DNA of 64,000 nt, taken from NCBI GenBank assembly GCA_025358055.1, contig JANYKV010000007.1, forward strand, positions 459 through 64,458, given 5' to 3'. The notes under the pieces are model-generated. The model searched no databases. It saw only the letters and a program-made list of their open reading frames with translations, and had not been told where the DNA came from. Every line of letters starts with the position of its first letter. The stretch's first letter is position 1. Positions 38,243 through 49,735 of this stretch are shown one piece after another. The translations under genes and the position numbers were made by a program. The DNA is from Gemmatimonadota bacterium (lineage in GTDB: Bacteria > Gemmatimonadota > Gemmatimonadetes > Gemmatimonadales > GWC2-71-9).

Positions 38243-39115
38243 TCAAGCGGAGGCGCGATCCGATTGTTGCCGTTCCCCTTGCATGTGACGCAACAAGCGA
38301 GCCGTCGTCTCCCGAAGCGAGCCCCGCGGCACCACTTCGTCGATCTGACCGTGCTCGAGCAGAAACTCAGCGGTCTGGAACCCCTCCGGGAGGTCTTGAC
38401 CGATCGTCTGCTTGATGACCCGCTGGCCGGCGAAGCCGATGACCGCACCTGGCTCAGCCAGGATGACATCTCCTTGCATGGCGAACGAGGCGGAAACCCC
38501 ACCAGTGGTGGGATCGGTGAGAATGGTGATGAACGGGATGGAAAGGGCCCGAAGTTGGGCGATGGCGGCGGAAGTCTTCGCCATTTGCATCAAGGAGAGC
38601 ACCCCTTCCTGCATCCGGGCGCCTCCCGAAGTACAGACCAGAACCAACGGCGTTCGCTTGTCGGCCGAGCGCCGAGCTAACCGGGCGATTTTCTCCCCGA
38701 CCACAGAACCCATCGATCCACCCATGAACGCGAAATTCATGACGCCCAGATGAAGCGTCATCCCTTCGAGCCTCGTCACGCCGGTGGAGATGCCGTCGGG
38801 TTGGCCGGTTTTTTTTTGGGAGGAAATCAATCGCTCGGGATAGTGTTCGAATTGAAGAGGGTCAAGCGCGCGGAGACCGGCGTTGAGTTCTTTCCACGTC
38901 CCTTCATCACTCAGGAGCTCGATATACTCTTCGGCGCTGAAGCGGCGATGGTTCCCGCACTCCGGGCATACATTGAGCGCCTTTTCAAAGCGCTCCCGAA
39001 TATCGATGTGGCCACATGCACCACATTTTTCCCAAGTGTCCGCCGGTATTTCCAGTCGTGCGCGCTGGGATACGCGGGGCTTCCGTTCCTTCTTGAACCA
39101 AGCCATCACAGCCAT
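38243..39115 (-). CDS. accD: Acetyl-CoA carboxylase carboxyltransferase beta subunit
   Basis: 290 aa. N-terminal zinc ribbon CGACGH...CPECGNH and a CT domain. Confidence 0.93.
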   Translation of the reverse strand: MAVMAWFKKERKPRVSQRARLEIPADTWEKCGACGHIDIRERFEKALNVCPECGNHRRFSAEEYIELLSDEGTWKELNAGLRALDPLQFEHYPERLISSQKKTGQPDGISTGVTRLEGMTLHLGVMNFAFMGGSMGSVVGEKIARLARRSADKRTPLVLVCTSGGARMQEGVLSLMQMAKTSAAIAQLRALSIPFITILTDPTTGGVSASFAMQGDVILAEPGAVIGFAGQRVIKQTIGQDLPEGFQTAEFLLEHGQIDEVVPRGSLRETTARLLRHMQGERQQSDRASA

Positions 39116-39212
39116 AGGCTCGCTGTCGGAAAAGAGAAAGAAGGGAAACCGTTACCGGAACACCTGCAATCTGATGCATCCGCGAGACATGCGCTAGCCC
39201 CTCAGTCGTAAG

Positions 39213-40463
39213 TCATTGCGACACATCAGCATAGCCTGATAGTCTGGAGTCCCAAGCAACCCGTAACACCAGACCGATGGCCATGGAACAGGCCACGTAA
39301 AAGGAGCCTCCGTAAGAGAAAAATGGAAGTGGAATTCCGGTGATCGGCATCAAGTTCACCGTCATTCCGACATTCTCGAATACGTGGGTGAATAGCAGCC
39401 CTAAGATCCCGAAGACGATGAGGCTCCCAAACGGATCTGTCGCGCGGCGGGCGATGCGAAGCAGCACCGCGAAAAGCGCGAAGAAGAACGAAAGCGCGAG
39501 TACGACGCCGGCAAATCCAAGTTCCTCGCCCACCACGGAAAAAATGAAGTCCGTGTGCTGTTCGGGCAAAAACGCGAGCCGTTTCTGCGGCCCATGCAAC
39601 CACCCATTGCCGAACCAACCGCCCGAGCCCACCGCCACCTTGGACTGATAGATCTGATAGCCGAAATGCCCGGCATCGGCATCCGGATTGAGGAAGGTGG
39701 TTAGGCGCTTTTGTTGATATCCCTTGAGCTTGTGCCAAACCACAATAGCCAGCACGCCCATGGCGGAATTCACGACATAGATGAGCACGGCCTCGATCAC
39801 GAAGGGGCGCCAGGCCACCAACAAGAAAAATAGCGCCACCATCCACAGGCCCCACCATTGCGTGTCGGCAGCGAGGAGGAGGCTGATCCCGGGCGAGGCG
39901 AGGTAGAGCAGTAGGGAGGGCTTGGTCCCGGCCCAAAAAAGCATAGCGAACAGAACTCCCACGAAGACAAGGGCGCTCCCCAGGTCCGGTTGGGCCATGA
40001 CGAGGAGAAACGGGAGTCCCACGATCAGGCAGGGCTTGGTGAGATCCCGGAGCGATTGGGGAGGGTCGCGCAGGCTGCTCAAATATCGCGCGAGCACCAG
40101 AATGGTGGCGAGTTTCGCAATCTCCACCGGTTGGCCGATCCGGAAGCCGCCGATGGCAATCCAGCTCTTGCTGCTCGCCGCGGATCCCGCACCGGTGCCG
40201 ATGATGAGAGTGAGGATGAGCAGACCGTTCGCGAACCAATAGAGGCCCGGGGCCGCCCACTCCAAGATGCGCATCGAGGTTCGGAAGGTCACGGCCGCTG
40301 CAACAATGCCGACCGCCACCCAAACGATCTGCCGAACCCACGCACCGGCGGCGAGCGTCTTCACATCGGTCTGACCGGCGGAGTACACGGTGAGAACCCC
40401 AAACAGCGTGAGCAGCGCTACGACAATCACGAGAGGTCGGTCAATCCCAAGGCGCCGGCTCAC
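39213..40463 (-). CDS. rodA: Rod-shape SEDS glycosyltransferase RodA
   Basis: 416 aa. FtsW/RodA/SpoVE family pattern. It lies immediately downstream of mrdA with a 4-nt overlap. Confidence 0.92.
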   Translation of the reverse strand: MSRRLGIDRPLVIVVALLTLFGVLTVYSAGQTDVKTLAAGAWVRQIVWVAVGIVAAAVTFRTSMRILEWAAPGLYWFANGLLILTLIIGTGAGSAASSKSWIAIGGFRIGQPVEIAKLATILVLARYLSSLRDPPQSLRDLTKPCLIVGLPFLLVMAQPDLGSALVFVGVLFAMLFWAGTKPSLLLYLASPGISLLLAADTQWWGLWMVALFFLLVAWRPFVIEAVLIYVVNSAMGVLAIVVWHKLKGYQQKRLTTFLNPDADAGHFGYQIYQSKVAVGSGGWFGNGWLHGPQKRLAFLPEQHTDFIFSVVGEELGFAGVVLALSFFFALFAVLLRIARRATDPFGSLIVFGILGLLFTHVFENVGMTVNLMPITGIPLPFFSYGGSFYVACSMAIGLVLRVAWDSRLSGYADVSQ

Positions 40464-42313
40464 GGCACGGCCCCCGTGGAATCCGCCGGCAGTTCGACCG
40501 ATTGCGGCGCGCTGTCCTCCGGTACGACGAGTCTGATATTCGCCTTACGAAGACTTGGATCCGTCTCTTGGAGGTATCGGCGAATCACGCGGGCCACCCA
40601 GGGTGCAACGTACGCTCCGCCGTGGCCACCGAGGGATTCCATGATGCTTCCGACAATGATTTTCGGGTGGTCATACGGCGCGAACCCGATGAACCAGCCA
40701 TGATTTGCCCCAGTGCTGTTCTGGGCGGTGCCGGTTTTCCCCGCCATCTTCAATTCCCTGCCACCGCTGGCCGCGGCAGTGCCGGACGCCACGACTTGTA
40801 CCATTGCGGCCCGCAAACCCTCGAGTTGAGACTGGGTCAGACCCAAATCGCGAGCCGCGCCCTCTTTGGTCGGCCGCACCAAATGCGGGGCCGCCACCTT
40901 CCCCTCCCCGGCCAGGGCCTGGTAAAACTTCACCATGCTGATGAGGGTTTGCGCATCCTCGCCCTGCCCAATCGCGAGGTTGAGGGTCACGGCGTTGCTC
41001 CAGCCTCGCGCCCCGTAGCGTTTGTTGTAGTAGGCCACCGAGGCGGGAAAAATTGGGGCCTGCTCCCCCCTGAGATCCACTCCGGCCTTGTCGCGGAAGC
41101 CGAGCAGTGCACCATCCTGGAGAATGGCCGTGAGCCCAAGCTTGAGTCCGAGCTGATAGAAGTAGACGTCGCAGCTATTGGCGATGGCACCCGTCAGATT
41201 GAGGTATCCATGGCCTTGTTTCTTCCAGCACCCGAAGAATCGATTGCCGTATTGCAGCCCCCCTCGACACGGCTCAGCCATACGAGAATCAAAATTGATC
41301 AACCCCCGGCGGAGCGCCATTGTCGCGATAGCGAGCTTGAAGGGGGAGGCGGGCGGATAGCTCCCTTTGATCGCGCGGTTGAGCAGAGGCTTGGCCTCGT
41401 CGGATATCAGCGCGTTCCACTTCGCCGGCACAATACCGCCGATGAAGTCGTTCGGATCGAATCCGGGGGCGCTGTACAGAGCGAGAATCTCTCCCTCCGG
41501 CGTCAACGCCACCATGGCCCCCCGGGTCCGGGGCAGACTATCGGACCAAAGACTGTCGATAAATATTTGGAGCGGGAGATCGAGGGTCGTCTTGATCGCT
41601 TCGCCCGAGATCGGACTCAACGAAGGGGAGGAGACTTCCTCACGCACCATGCGCCCACGCGCATTTACCTCGATGTAACGCACCCCTTCGATGCCCCGCA
41701 GCGTGTGATCGTACTGCAATTCCAGCCCTTCCCGGCCGACGAGTGTGCCGGACTTCGCGCCTGGATATCGATCCTTGTCGAGATCGTCCTCTGACACTTC
41801 CCCGACATAGCCAACCACGTGCCCCACCGCCTTCCCGGCCGGGTACACTCGGCGCGGCTCGGTCTGGATGACGAGACCGGGAAACGACAGGCGGTGTTCT
41901 TCAAGCCGCGCGATCACCTCGGTGGACGCGTTGCCTAGCACCAGCGCCGGTTCGTATGGGGCGTCGCCGAACCGACGCATCACATCTTTCACCGTGGCAC
42001 TGTCTAGCGCGACCAATTCGCCAAGTCGGTGGAGCGCCGCCCGGAGCGAGTCCTTCGAGATGGCGAACAGCTTCACGGCCCAGCCCGGAACGTTATCGGC
42101 AATGATCAGGCCGTTCCGATCTAAGATGGCCCCACGCGGCGCGACCAGCGGCACGGGGCGGAGACGATTGGACTCGGCCCGCAGCCGATAACGTTCGTAG
42201 TCGAGGACTTGGGTGCGGAAGAAGGTTCCGCTCAGCAACAGGAAGGCAGTGGCCAAAATCCACCGCGCGGCCGTGGTTCGATCCCGGAGCCGAAAAGAGG
42301 TCATCGTGCTCAT
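40460..42313 (-). CDS. mrdA: Penicillin-binding protein 2 (elongasome transpeptidase)
   Basis: 617 aa. PBP dimerisation plus transpeptidase domains (SPFK-type SxxK, KTGTA). Confidence 0.93.
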   Translation of the reverse strand: MSTMTSFRLRDRTTAARWILATAFLLLSGTFFRTQVLDYERYRLRAESNRLRPVPLVAPRGAILDRNGLIIADNVPGWAVKLFAISKDSLRAALHRLGELVALDSATVKDVMRRFGDAPYEPALVLGNASTEVIARLEEHRLSFPGLVIQTEPRRVYPAGKAVGHVVGYVGEVSEDDLDKDRYPGAKSGTLVGREGLELQYDHTLRGIEGVRYIEVNARGRMVREEVSSPSLSPISGEAIKTTLDLPLQIFIDSLWSDSLPRTRGAMVALTPEGEILALYSAPGFDPNDFIGGIVPAKWNALISDEAKPLLNRAIKGSYPPASPFKLAIATMALRRGLINFDSRMAEPCRGGLQYGNRFFGCWKKQGHGYLNLTGAIANSCDVYFYQLGLKLGLTAILQDGALLGFRDKAGVDLRGEQAPIFPASVAYYNKRYGARGWSNAVTLNLAIGQGEDAQTLISMVKFYQALAGEGKVAAPHLVRPTKEGAARDLGLTQSQLEGLRAAMVQVVASGTAAASGGRELKMAGKTGTAQNSTGANHGWFIGFAPYDHPKIIVGSIMESLGGHGGAYVAPWVARVIRRYLQETDPSLRKANIRLVVPEDSAPQSVELPADSTGAVP

Positions 42314-42810
42314 TCGTCGAGCCGGATGGCCAGGGTATCACGGAACAGCAATACCACCAGAATGCCGGCAACGCCGGTACTCACGGCCTGCAGCGGAGAC
42401 CACAGAGTGAGATCGGCGACCAGCTCGCCGGAGGGCGTTCCGCTTGCGAGGAGAAGAATCAGGTTTCGGAGCCACAGTCCGACCGCGAACAGCCCGGCGG
42501 TGACGAGGAGATTGTCGGCGAAAAAGACTGCCCGCCCCCACGCGGCGAGATACGCCACAATTGTGTTGGCCAGTGCCCCCGCCCCGAACTTGGCGGGAGT
42601 GAGGACATCGGTCATGAGACCGGTCAGGAATCCAACCAGTGCGGCCGCGCCGGGGCGGCTCCGAATGGCAAAGATCAACACGGCGAGTTCGAGAAAATCG
42701 GGGGCGCCACGTCCGTCCCATACGCGGGGCCGGGCATAGAAATGGAGACCCACGAGCAACAGGAGCACCAGGACGAGGCCGGGAGACCCCGAGCCGCGCC
42801 GCCGGCTCAT
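42310..42810 (-). CDS. mreD: Rod shape-determining protein MreD
   Basis: 166-aa polytopic membrane protein in the canonical position between mreC and mrdA. Confidence 0.8.
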   Translation of the reverse strand: MSRRRGSGSPGLVLVLLLLVGLHFYARPRVWDGRGAPDFLELAVLIFAIRSRPGAAALVGFLTGLMTDVLTPAKFGAGALANTIVAYLAAWGRAVFFADNLLVTAGLFAVGLWLRNLILLLASGTPSGELVADLTLWSPLQAVSTGVAGILVVLLFRDTLAIRLDE

Positions 42811-43652
42811 GGGATCGAGTCCACGACGAGGGTGCGAGCGGAGGCGCTATCCCGCGGGACCAGGTACACCAAGACGTGGGCCACGAGGCCTGGATTGGCG
42901 CTCGGGGTCAGCCGGTAAACCCGTTCCCACCCCAACTGCTCCCGCCGGATGCCTGCGATGCGTCCAATCGGTATCCCCTTGGGATACACTCCACCCAGCC
43001 CGGAGGTGAAGACCACCGTACCGTTGGGAACAGAGTCCCGATATGCGACCCCATGAAGTTCGAGAAAAGTCTCGCTGGCCGAGGTGCTGGTGGACGGCCG
43101 GACCACACCTTGGATGGAGCCATCGGCGGTGACCGCGTGGGCTCGGAACTCGGGGTGCGCCCAACTCATGGCGATGCTGGTGCTGGGTCCGACACTCACG
43201 ATGGTACCGACGAGGCCTTCAGGCGACACTACCGGAGCATAGGGCCGCACCCCGGAACGGACGCCGACACTGAGCAACAGGGTCCGATCGTCGGTCGGTG
43301 AGGTCTGGTGCATCACATCGGCGGCCACGTACGGCAATTTGGCCCTGCGCCCCATGCCGACCAGGAGCCGAAGGCGCTCGTTTTCGCTTACGAGCGCGCT
43401 CAAAGATTGCGCCGCGATGGAGGCAGAATCGCGTTCAGCTTGGAGGGACTGGAATCGGGCCCGGCTGGTCCGGCCCTCCTCCGCGCGCAGTTGGAGCCAC
43501 ACAATGGGAAGGAGCGCCGTTTCGCGGATTCCGGTGGCCACCCGGTAACTCACCCGGGACGGCAACAACAACGCAACCAACGAGAGGACAAGGCAGGCCA
43601 GGAACGAGAGCGTGTCGCGGCGTGAAAACGAGCGACCCGGCGCGCGGAGCAT
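42807..43652 (-). CDS. mreC: Rod shape-determining protein MreC
   Basis: 281 aa. N-terminal TM helix and coiled coil, then MreC beta-barrel repeats (VVSPEGLVGTIVSV; FTSGLGGVYPKGIPIG). Confidence 0.9.
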   Translation of the reverse strand: MLRAPGRSFSRRDTLSFLACLVLSLVALLLPSRVSYRVATGIRETALLPIVWLQLRAEEGRTSRARFQSLQAERDSASIAAQSLSALVSENERLRLLVGMGRRAKLPYVAADVMHQTSPTDDRTLLLSVGVRSGVRPYAPVVSPEGLVGTIVSVGPSTSIAMSWAHPEFRAHAVTADGSIQGVVRPSTSTSASETFLELHGVAYRDSVPNGTVVFTSGLGGVYPKGIPIGRIAGIRREQLGWERVYRLTPSANPGLVAHVLVYLVPRDSASARTLVVDSIP

Positions 43653-43653
43653 G

Positions 43654-44697
43654 CTAGACGGAAAGCACGCTGCGGTACTTTTCGAAATCGTCCAGAATGC
43701 GGCCGGTTCCGCGTACGACGCACGTCAGCGGATCCTCGTCGACATGGATCGGGAGCCCGGTTTCCTGGGCGAGGAGGAGATCGAGCCCCCGAATCAGGGC
43801 GCCGCCACCGGTCATAATGATGCCCCGATCCACGATATCGCTGGCCAGTTCGGGCGGAGTAATTTCCAATGCCCGGCGTACCGCGTCGACGATCTGTTGG
43901 ATCGGCTCTTGGACCGCTTCACGGATTTCGCTGGAGTGAACCCGGACCGTCTTCGGAATTCCTGACACCAGATCGCGGCCTTTCACTTCCATTTCACGCT
44001 CTTCTCCGGTCGGGGCGGCCGACCCGATCTTGATCTTGATCATCTCGGCGGTGGGTTCGCCTACGAGGAGGTTGTAGTTCTTCCGCATGAATTGTACGAT
44101 CGCTTGGTCCAATTCATCACCGCCCGTGCGAATCGACGTGTCGGACACGATTCCCGACAGCGCGATCACCGCGATTTCGGTAGTACCGCCGCCGATGTCG
44201 ATCACCATGTTGCCCGTTGGGGTCTCGACCGGAAGGCCCACCCCGATCGCCGCGGCCATGGGCTCCGCCACCATCAGCACCTGTTTCGCTCCGGCGGTTT
44301 CGGCCGAATCTCGGACCGCCCGACGTTCGACTTCCGTGATACCGGACGGTACGCACACGATCACCCGTGGCTTCACTTTGAAGACGTGTTTATCAATGAT
44401 GGTCTTGAGGAAGTATCGCAGCATTTTTTCCGTGACGTCGAAATCCGCGATCACGCCGTCTTTGAGCGGCCGGACCGCGATGATGCCGTCCGGCGTGCGA
44501 CCGAGCATACGCTTCGCTTCCAGGCCGATGCCTTTGATCTTGCCGGTCGACCGCTCGAGCGCCACGACCGAGGGTTCGTTGAGCACGATCCCCTCGCCCT
44601 TGACATAAATGAGCGTGTTGGCGGTGCCGAGATCGACGGCGATCTCATTCGCGGGGAAAAACGAACCAAAGTTCCACAAGGGGAATTTCATTGCCAA
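43654..44697 (-). CDS. mreB: Rod shape-determining protein MreB
   Basis: 347 aa. Actin-like ATPase (IAVDLGTANTLIY, DIGGGTTE). The track start is a TTG at 44697; an ATG at 44691 is equally possible. Confidence 0.96.
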   Translation of the reverse strand: MAMKFPLWNFGSFFPANEIAVDLGTANTLIYVKGEGIVLNEPSVVALERSTGKIKGIGLEAKRMLGRTPDGIIAVRPLKDGVIADFDVTEKMLRYFLKTIIDKHVFKVKPRVIVCVPSGITEVERRAVRDSAETAGAKQVLMVAEPMAAAIGVGLPVETPTGNMVIDIGGGTTEIAVIALSGIVSDTSIRTGGDELDQAIVQFMRKNYNLLVGEPTAEMIKIKIGSAAPTGEEREMEVKGRDLVSGIPKTVRVHSSEIREAVQEPIQQIVDAVRRALEITPPELASDIVDRGIIMTGGGALIRGLDLLLAQETGLPIHVDEDPLTCVVRGTGRILDDFEKYRSVLSV

Positions 44698-44759
44698 GCC
44701 GGGCGACTGGAAGCCCTAGGTTAATGGTTTACCTGCCACACTACAAGGCTGCGAATGGC

Positions 44760-45197
44760 TCAGATCCCGGTGCTCCCGAAGCCGGCGTGGCCCCGGTGCG
44801 TGCCTGGTAAGTCCTCGACCTCACGAAACTCCGCCTGCTCGACCTGCGCGACGATCAGTTGGGCAATCCGCATTCCCCGAGTGACCGCGAACGGCTCCTG
44901 CCCGAGGTTGACCAGCGCCACCTTGAGTTCGCCCCGGTAGTCGCTGTCGATCGTCGCCGGCGCGTTGGGGAGGGTCACCCCATGGCGATAGCCCAGGCCA
45001 GAGCGCGGGCGGATCTGAATCTCAAAACCGGTGGGGATGGCCACGGAAAATCCGGTTCCGAACAGCTTCCGGGCCAGTGGCTCCAACAGACCATCCTCCG
45101 CACTGCAGAGATCGTACCCAGCGGACCCCGCGGTCGCCCGGGACGGCAACGGCAGGCCCTCGCCATGGGGTAATCGCCGGATCAGGATTTCAGGCAA
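44760..45197 (-). CDS. dut: dUTP diphosphatase
   Basis: 145 aa. [13 protein letters not shown] and GFGSTG motifs. TTG start. Confidence 0.95.
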   Translation of the reverse strand: MPEILIRRLPHGEGLPLPSRATAGSAGYDLCSAEDGLLEPLARKLFGTGFSVAIPTGFEIQIRPRSGLGYRHGVTLPNAPATIDSDYRGELKVALVNLGQEPFAVTRGMRIAQLIVAQVEQAEFREVEDLPGTHRGHAGFGSTGI

Positions 45198-45208
45198 TTT
45201 CGCGCGCC

Positions 45209-46321
45209 TTAAAGCACGGTCTTGACGTCAACGAACGGGAGGCCAAACGCCTCGGCCACCCCGGGGTAGACCACCTTACCTTCGACGACGTTGAGCCCCA
45301 ACCGGAGCGCGCCATCCTCCTGACAAGCCTTTTTCCAACCCGACTTCGCCAGCTTCAGCGCGTACGGCAAGGTGGCGTTGGTGAGGGCCAAGGTGGAGGT
45401 CCGCGGTACGCCGCCCGGCATGTTGGCCACGGCGTAGTGGAGCACACCATCGACGAAGTAGGTCGGATTCTCGTGCGTCGTGGGTTTGATGGTTTCGACG
45501 CATCCCCCCTGATCGACAGCCACGTCCACGATCACGGCGCCTGGCTTCATCCGCTTGAGATCGGCCCGCTTCACCAAGTGAGGTGCCTTGGCCCCCGGTA
45601 ACAGCACGGCGCCGATCACGAGATCCGCTCGTTCGATGGCCTCCATGATGTTGTGCCGGTTGCTATAGACGGTGCTGACGTTCGCGGGCAACACATCATC
45701 GAGATACCGGAGCCGGTCCAGGGAGATATCCAGGATGGTGACCCTGGCTCCCATCCCTGCGGCCATCTTGGCGGCGTTGATGCCGACCACACCCCCGCCG
45801 ATAATGGCGACCTCCGCCGGGGCGACTCCAGGCACACCCCCGAGCAACACGCCCCGGCCGCCATGGACCTTCTCGAGGTACTTGGCGCCTTCCTGCACCG
45901 CCATCCGACCCGCGACCTCGGACATCGGCGTCAAGAGCGGAAGTTCTCCGCTCGGCAGCTGGACCGTCTCGTACGCGACCGCGATAGCACCCGACTTGAT
46001 CACTGCTTTGGTGAGATCGTCTGCGGCGGCGAAATGAAAATAGGTATAGATGACCTGACCGGGCCGCATCCGAGGCCATTCAACGGCAATCGGCTCCTTC
46101 ACCTTTATGATCATCTCGGACGTAGCCCAGACGGCATCGGCCGTCGGCAGGATCTTCGCGCCCGCCGCCACGTAGGCAGCATCCTCGAACCCGCTACCCA
46201 AACCCGCGCCCTGCTCGACCTGCACCGTGTGACCCGCACCGACCAGCAGTTCCGCGCCGGCAGGGACCAGGGCCACCCGGTTCTCGTTGGTTTTGATTTC
46301 CTTCGGGACGCCGATGATCAT
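45209..46321 (-). CDS. ald: Alanine dehydrogenase
   Basis: 370 aa. [20 protein letters not shown] and the GGGVVG NAD site. Confidence 0.95.
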   Translation of the reverse strand: MIIGVPKEIKTNENRVALVPAGAELLVGAGHTVQVEQGAGLGSGFEDAAYVAAGAKILPTADAVWATSEMIIKVKEPIAVEWPRMRPGQVIYTYFHFAAADDLTKAVIKSGAIAVAYETVQLPSGELPLLTPMSEVAGRMAVQEGAKYLEKVHGGRGVLLGGVPGVAPAEVAIIGGGVVGINAAKMAAGMGARVTILDISLDRLRYLDDVLPANVSTVYSNRHNIMEAIERADLVIGAVLLPGAKAPHLVKRADLKRMKPGAVIVDVAVDQGGCVETIKPTTHENPTYFVDGVLHYAVANMPGGVPRTSTLALTNATLPYALKLAKSGWKKACQEDGALRLGLNVVEGKVVYPGVAEAFGLPFVDVKTVL

Positions 46322-46359
46322 GGCTGATCTCGTGTGAAAGGGTTTCCGCCCATCGCTGT

Positions 46360-47610
46360 CTATGGCCCTAGCCGTACCAGCGATTGGCGTTCCGGGGTGA
46401 AGAACTCCTCCGCCACGGCGGCCACCGTATCGAGCGACACGGCATCGATTTCCGTGAGCAGCTCATCCAGCCGGCGGAATCGATCCCCGTTGAGAACGAA
46501 CCCCGCCAACCGATGCATTCGGCTCACCGGACTTTCCAGGGACAGCATCAACTGACCCTTCAGTTGTTGCTTGGCCCCCGCGAGAGTGGCGGCATCGAAC
46601 CCGTCTCGGTTGAGGCGTCGCAATTCCTCCAGGATGACTTCGAGAGCCTGGTCCGCGGTGCCGGGCTGCGTGCCCACATACACCCCAAATTGCCCGGTGG
46701 TCTGGTAGAAATTTTGGTACGCGTAGACGGCGTAGGCCAGTCCGAGTTCTTCGCGCACCCGTTGAAACAGTCGGCTCGACATCCCACCGCCAAGCTCATT
46801 CGTGAGGAGCGCGAGGGCGAATCGGCGTGGGTCGCGGTTCGGAAAGGTGTCGGTCCCCAGCACCAAGTGGCTTTGGGTCCCCTCGCGTTCCTGAACGAGC
46901 CGCGCGCCGCGTCGGGCCGGCTCGGCCGCCAGCGGGGGTCGGGCCGGTTGCTCGGTGTCTCCCTCGCTCCACCCCTCCCGGGTCAGGGCGGCGAGGAACT
47001 CTTCGTGATCGACCCGACCCGCCGCGGCAATGACACAGTTGCCTGCATAATACCCGCCCCCGTGCACTTCACGGAGATCGGCGGTGGAGAGCGCGCCCAC
47101 GGTCTCCGACGTCCCCAAGATGGAAAAGCCGTACGGATGTTCCGGCCAAAGCAAGCGTGAATGGAGCTCGAAGACGAGATCGTCGGGGGTGTCGAGCATG
47201 CCGTTGATTTCTTCGAGCACCACGTTGCGTTCGAGGGTGAGATCGCTCTCCCGCAACAGCGGCCGGCGCACGAGGTCCGTGAGCACATCCACCGCCAGGG
47301 GAAGATCGTCGTCCAACACGTGCGCCTGAAAATTGGTATGGTCGCGTGAGGTGTATGCATCCAAGCTGCCGCCCCGAGCCTCCAGAGCGGTAGCCAGCGC
47401 TTTGGCACTTCGGCGTTCCGTCCCCTTGAACACCATGTGTTCGAGCAGATGCGAAACGCCCATTCGGTCCGGGGCTTCGTGCGCGCTCGCGGTGCGAACC
47501 CAAACTCCGACGGCCGCCGACCGCACTCCGGGGAGGAGTTCGGTCAGCACCGTCAGCCCGTTCGGCAGCACGCTCCGGGCGAGGCCCGCGTCCAGCCACT
47601 CTACTGCCAC
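46360..47610 (-). CDS. M16-family zinc peptidase (insulinase/PqqL-like)
   Basis: 416 aa. The HLLEH inverted zinc motif ([14 protein letters not shown]). Confidence 0.9.
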   Translation of the reverse strand: MAVEWLDAGLARSVLPNGLTVLTELLPGVRSAAVGVWVRTASAHEAPDRMGVSHLLEHMVFKGTERRSAKALATALEARGGSLDAYTSRDHTNFQAHVLDDDLPLAVDVLTDLVRRPLLRESDLTLERNVVLEEINGMLDTPDDLVFELHSRLLWPEHPYGFSILGTSETVGALSTADLREVHGGGYYAGNCVIAAAGRVDHEEFLAALTREGWSEGDTEQPARPPLAAEPARRGARLVQEREGTQSHLVLGTDTFPNRDPRRFALALLTNELGGGMSSRLFQRVREELGLAYAVYAYQNFYQTTGQFGVYVGTQPGTADQALEVILEELRRLNRDGFDAATLAGAKQQLKGQLMLSLESPVSRMHRLAGFVLNGDRFRRLDELLTEIDAVSLDTVAAVAEEFFTPERQSLVRLGP

Positions 47611-47614
47611 GACC

Positions 47615-49735
47615 CTACTCCTTGGGCAGTAGTGCCTTGCGAGAGAGCTTCATGCGGCCACGCTCGTCGACCTCGAGCAGCTTGACCTGCACGATGTCGC
47701 CCTTCTTGACCACATCCTCCGTGCGTTCCGTCCGCCCGTGCTGCAATTCGCTGATGTGCAGCAAGCCTTCCACGCCGGGGATGATTTCCACGAATGCCCC
47801 GAAGGCCGTGGTGCTCTTGACCGGTCCCTCGTAGGTCTTGCCGACTTCCGGCTCGGCGACGATCGCGGAAATCATGTCGCGGGCTTTCTTGCCCGCTTCT
47901 CCACCCACCGCCGCAATGGTAATGATACCGCTGTCTTCGATGCTGATCTTGGCACCGGTGGCGTCTTGAATGCCGCGGATGGTCTTGCCTTTCGGCCCGA
48001 TGACATCGCCGATCTTGTCCGGCTTGATCTGAATGGTGAAGATGCGCGGCGCGTGCGGGGACAGGTCCGCTCTGGGGGTCTCGAGCACTTTGGCCATCTC
48101 GCCCAAGACGTGGAGGCGTCCCTTCCGAGCCTTCTCCAGCGCTTCTTCCATGATCTTGAGATCGAGGCCCTGGATCTTGATGTCCATTTGAATCGACGTA
48201 ATGCCCTGTGCGGTTCCCGCGACCTTGAAGTCCATGTCCCCGAGGTGGTCCTCGGAGCCGAGGATGTCGGTGAGGATCGCGATCTTTTTGCCTTCTTTGA
48301 TGAGCCCCATGGCCACGCCGGCGCAGGGCGCTTTCATCGGTACGCCCGCATCCATGAGCGCGAGCGAGCCACCGCACACGGTGGCCATCGACGAGGACCC
48401 ATTCGATTCGAGAATTTCCGAGACGACCCGCAACGTGTAGGGGAACGATTCAAAGTGAGGCAATAGCGGCTGGAGCGCTCGCTCCGCTAACGCACCATGC
48501 CCAATTTCTCGGCGGCTCGTCCCGCGGATCATCTTGACTTCGCCGGTGCAATAGGGCGGGAAATTGTAGTGCAACATGAACGACTTGGTCGTCTCGCCCG
48601 GCACGTCGATGCTGTCGATCCGCTGCTCGTCATCGCTGGTGCCGAGAGTGACCGCCACGAGAGCCTGGGTTTCCCCCCGGGTGAACAGGGTGGAGCCGTG
48701 CGCGCGCGGCAGAAGTCCGGCTTCAATGGAGATGGGACGGACCGTGTCGCCGTCACGTCCATCGACCCGCTCGCCTTTGTCGAGGACCTGGGCCCGCATG
48801 ACACGGTATTCCACTTCCTCCAGTTCGCTCGCGATTTCCCTGACTTTTTCGGGGAATTCGGTCAGGAGCTGCTCTTGCGCCGCCTTCTTGGCCTTGGCGC
48901 CGCCGGCCGCGCGACCCGCCTTGTCCTTTGCGTTGATGGCTTTGGCCATCGGCGCTTCGGCCAATTCGGCGACCCGCTTGACGAGCGCCGCATCCGGCTT
49001 GCTCGGAATCCAGTCCATCTTCTTGATGGAATGTCGTGCGATGAGCTGCTGCTGTAGCGCCACCAGCTCTTTGATGCCGCTCTGCGCGACCTTGAGCGCC
49101 TCCAGGACCTCGGCTTCGCTGATTTCGAGGGCTCCGCCTTCGACCATTACGATCGAATCCGCCGTACCGCTCACGATGAGATCGATGGTCGAGAATTCGA
49201 GCTGCTGAAAGGTCGGATTGAGAATCCAGTTGCCGTCCACCCGCCCAACCCGCACGGCCGCGAGCGGGCCGTTCCACGGCACCGCGGAGAGGCAGAACGA
49301 AGCCGAGGCCGCCACGGCGCCCAGGATGTCGGCGTCGTTGACTTGGTCGGCCGAAATCACGGTGACGAAAACCTGAACCTCGTTCTTGAACCCTTCGGGG
49401 AAGAGCGGGCGCATCGAGCGATCAATCAATCGCGCGGCCAGGATCTCCTTGTCGGAGGGGCGGCCTTCGCGTTTGATGAAACCGCCGGGGATCTTGCCGG
49501 CCGCGTAGGTCTTTTCGCGATATTCGACGGTCAGCGGAAAGAACGGGAGGGAGGACACGTTCGGCGAAACCGTCACCGCCGCCAAGACCATCGTGTCCCC
49601 AAATTGGACCAGCACGGAGCCCGCGGCCTGCTTCGCCATCCGACCCGTCTCCAAGCACAACTTCCGTCCAGCGAACTCTGTTTCAATACGTTCCACAGTC
49701 ACAACCTTCGTTTGAGTAGAGCACACCAATGCCAA
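47615..49735 (-). CDS. pnp: Polynucleotide phosphorylase
   Basis: Two RNase PH domains, KH, and S1 (GKTYEGPVKSTTAFGAFVEI). The track start is a TTG at 49735, directly abutting a 13-bp hairpin. The real start is probably an internal GTG near 49702-49696 (an AAGG RBS lies upstream). Confidence 0.95.
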   Translation of the reverse strand: MALVCSTQTKVVTVERIETEFAGRKLCLETGRMAKQAAGSVLVQFGDTMVLAAVTVSPNVSSLPFFPLTVEYREKTYAAGKIPGGFIKREGRPSDKEILAARLIDRSMRPLFPEGFKNEVQVFVTVISADQVNDADILGAVAASASFCLSAVPWNGPLAAVRVGRVDGNWILNPTFQQLEFSTIDLIVSGTADSIVMVEGGALEISEAEVLEALKVAQSGIKELVALQQQLIARHSIKKMDWIPSKPDAALVKRVAELAEAPMAKAINAKDKAGRAAGGAKAKKAAQEQLLTEFPEKVREIASELEEVEYRVMRAQVLDKGERVDGRDGDTVRPISIEAGLLPRAHGSTLFTRGETQALVAVTLGTSDDEQRIDSIDVPGETTKSFMLHYNFPPYCTGEVKMIRGTSRREIGHGALAERALQPLLPHFESFPYTLRVVSEILESNGSSSMATVCGGSLALMDAGVPMKAPCAGVAMGLIKEGKKIAILTDILGSEDHLGDMDFKVAGTAQGITSIQMDIKIQGLDLKIMEEALEKARKGRLHVLGEMAKVLETPRADLSPHAPRIFTIQIKPDKIGDVIGPKGKTIRGIQDATGAKISIEDSGIITIAAVGGEAGKKARDMISAIVAEPEVGKTYEGPVKSTTAFGAFVEIIPGVEGLLHISELQHGRTERTEDVVKKGDIVQVKLLEVDERGRMKLSRKALLPKE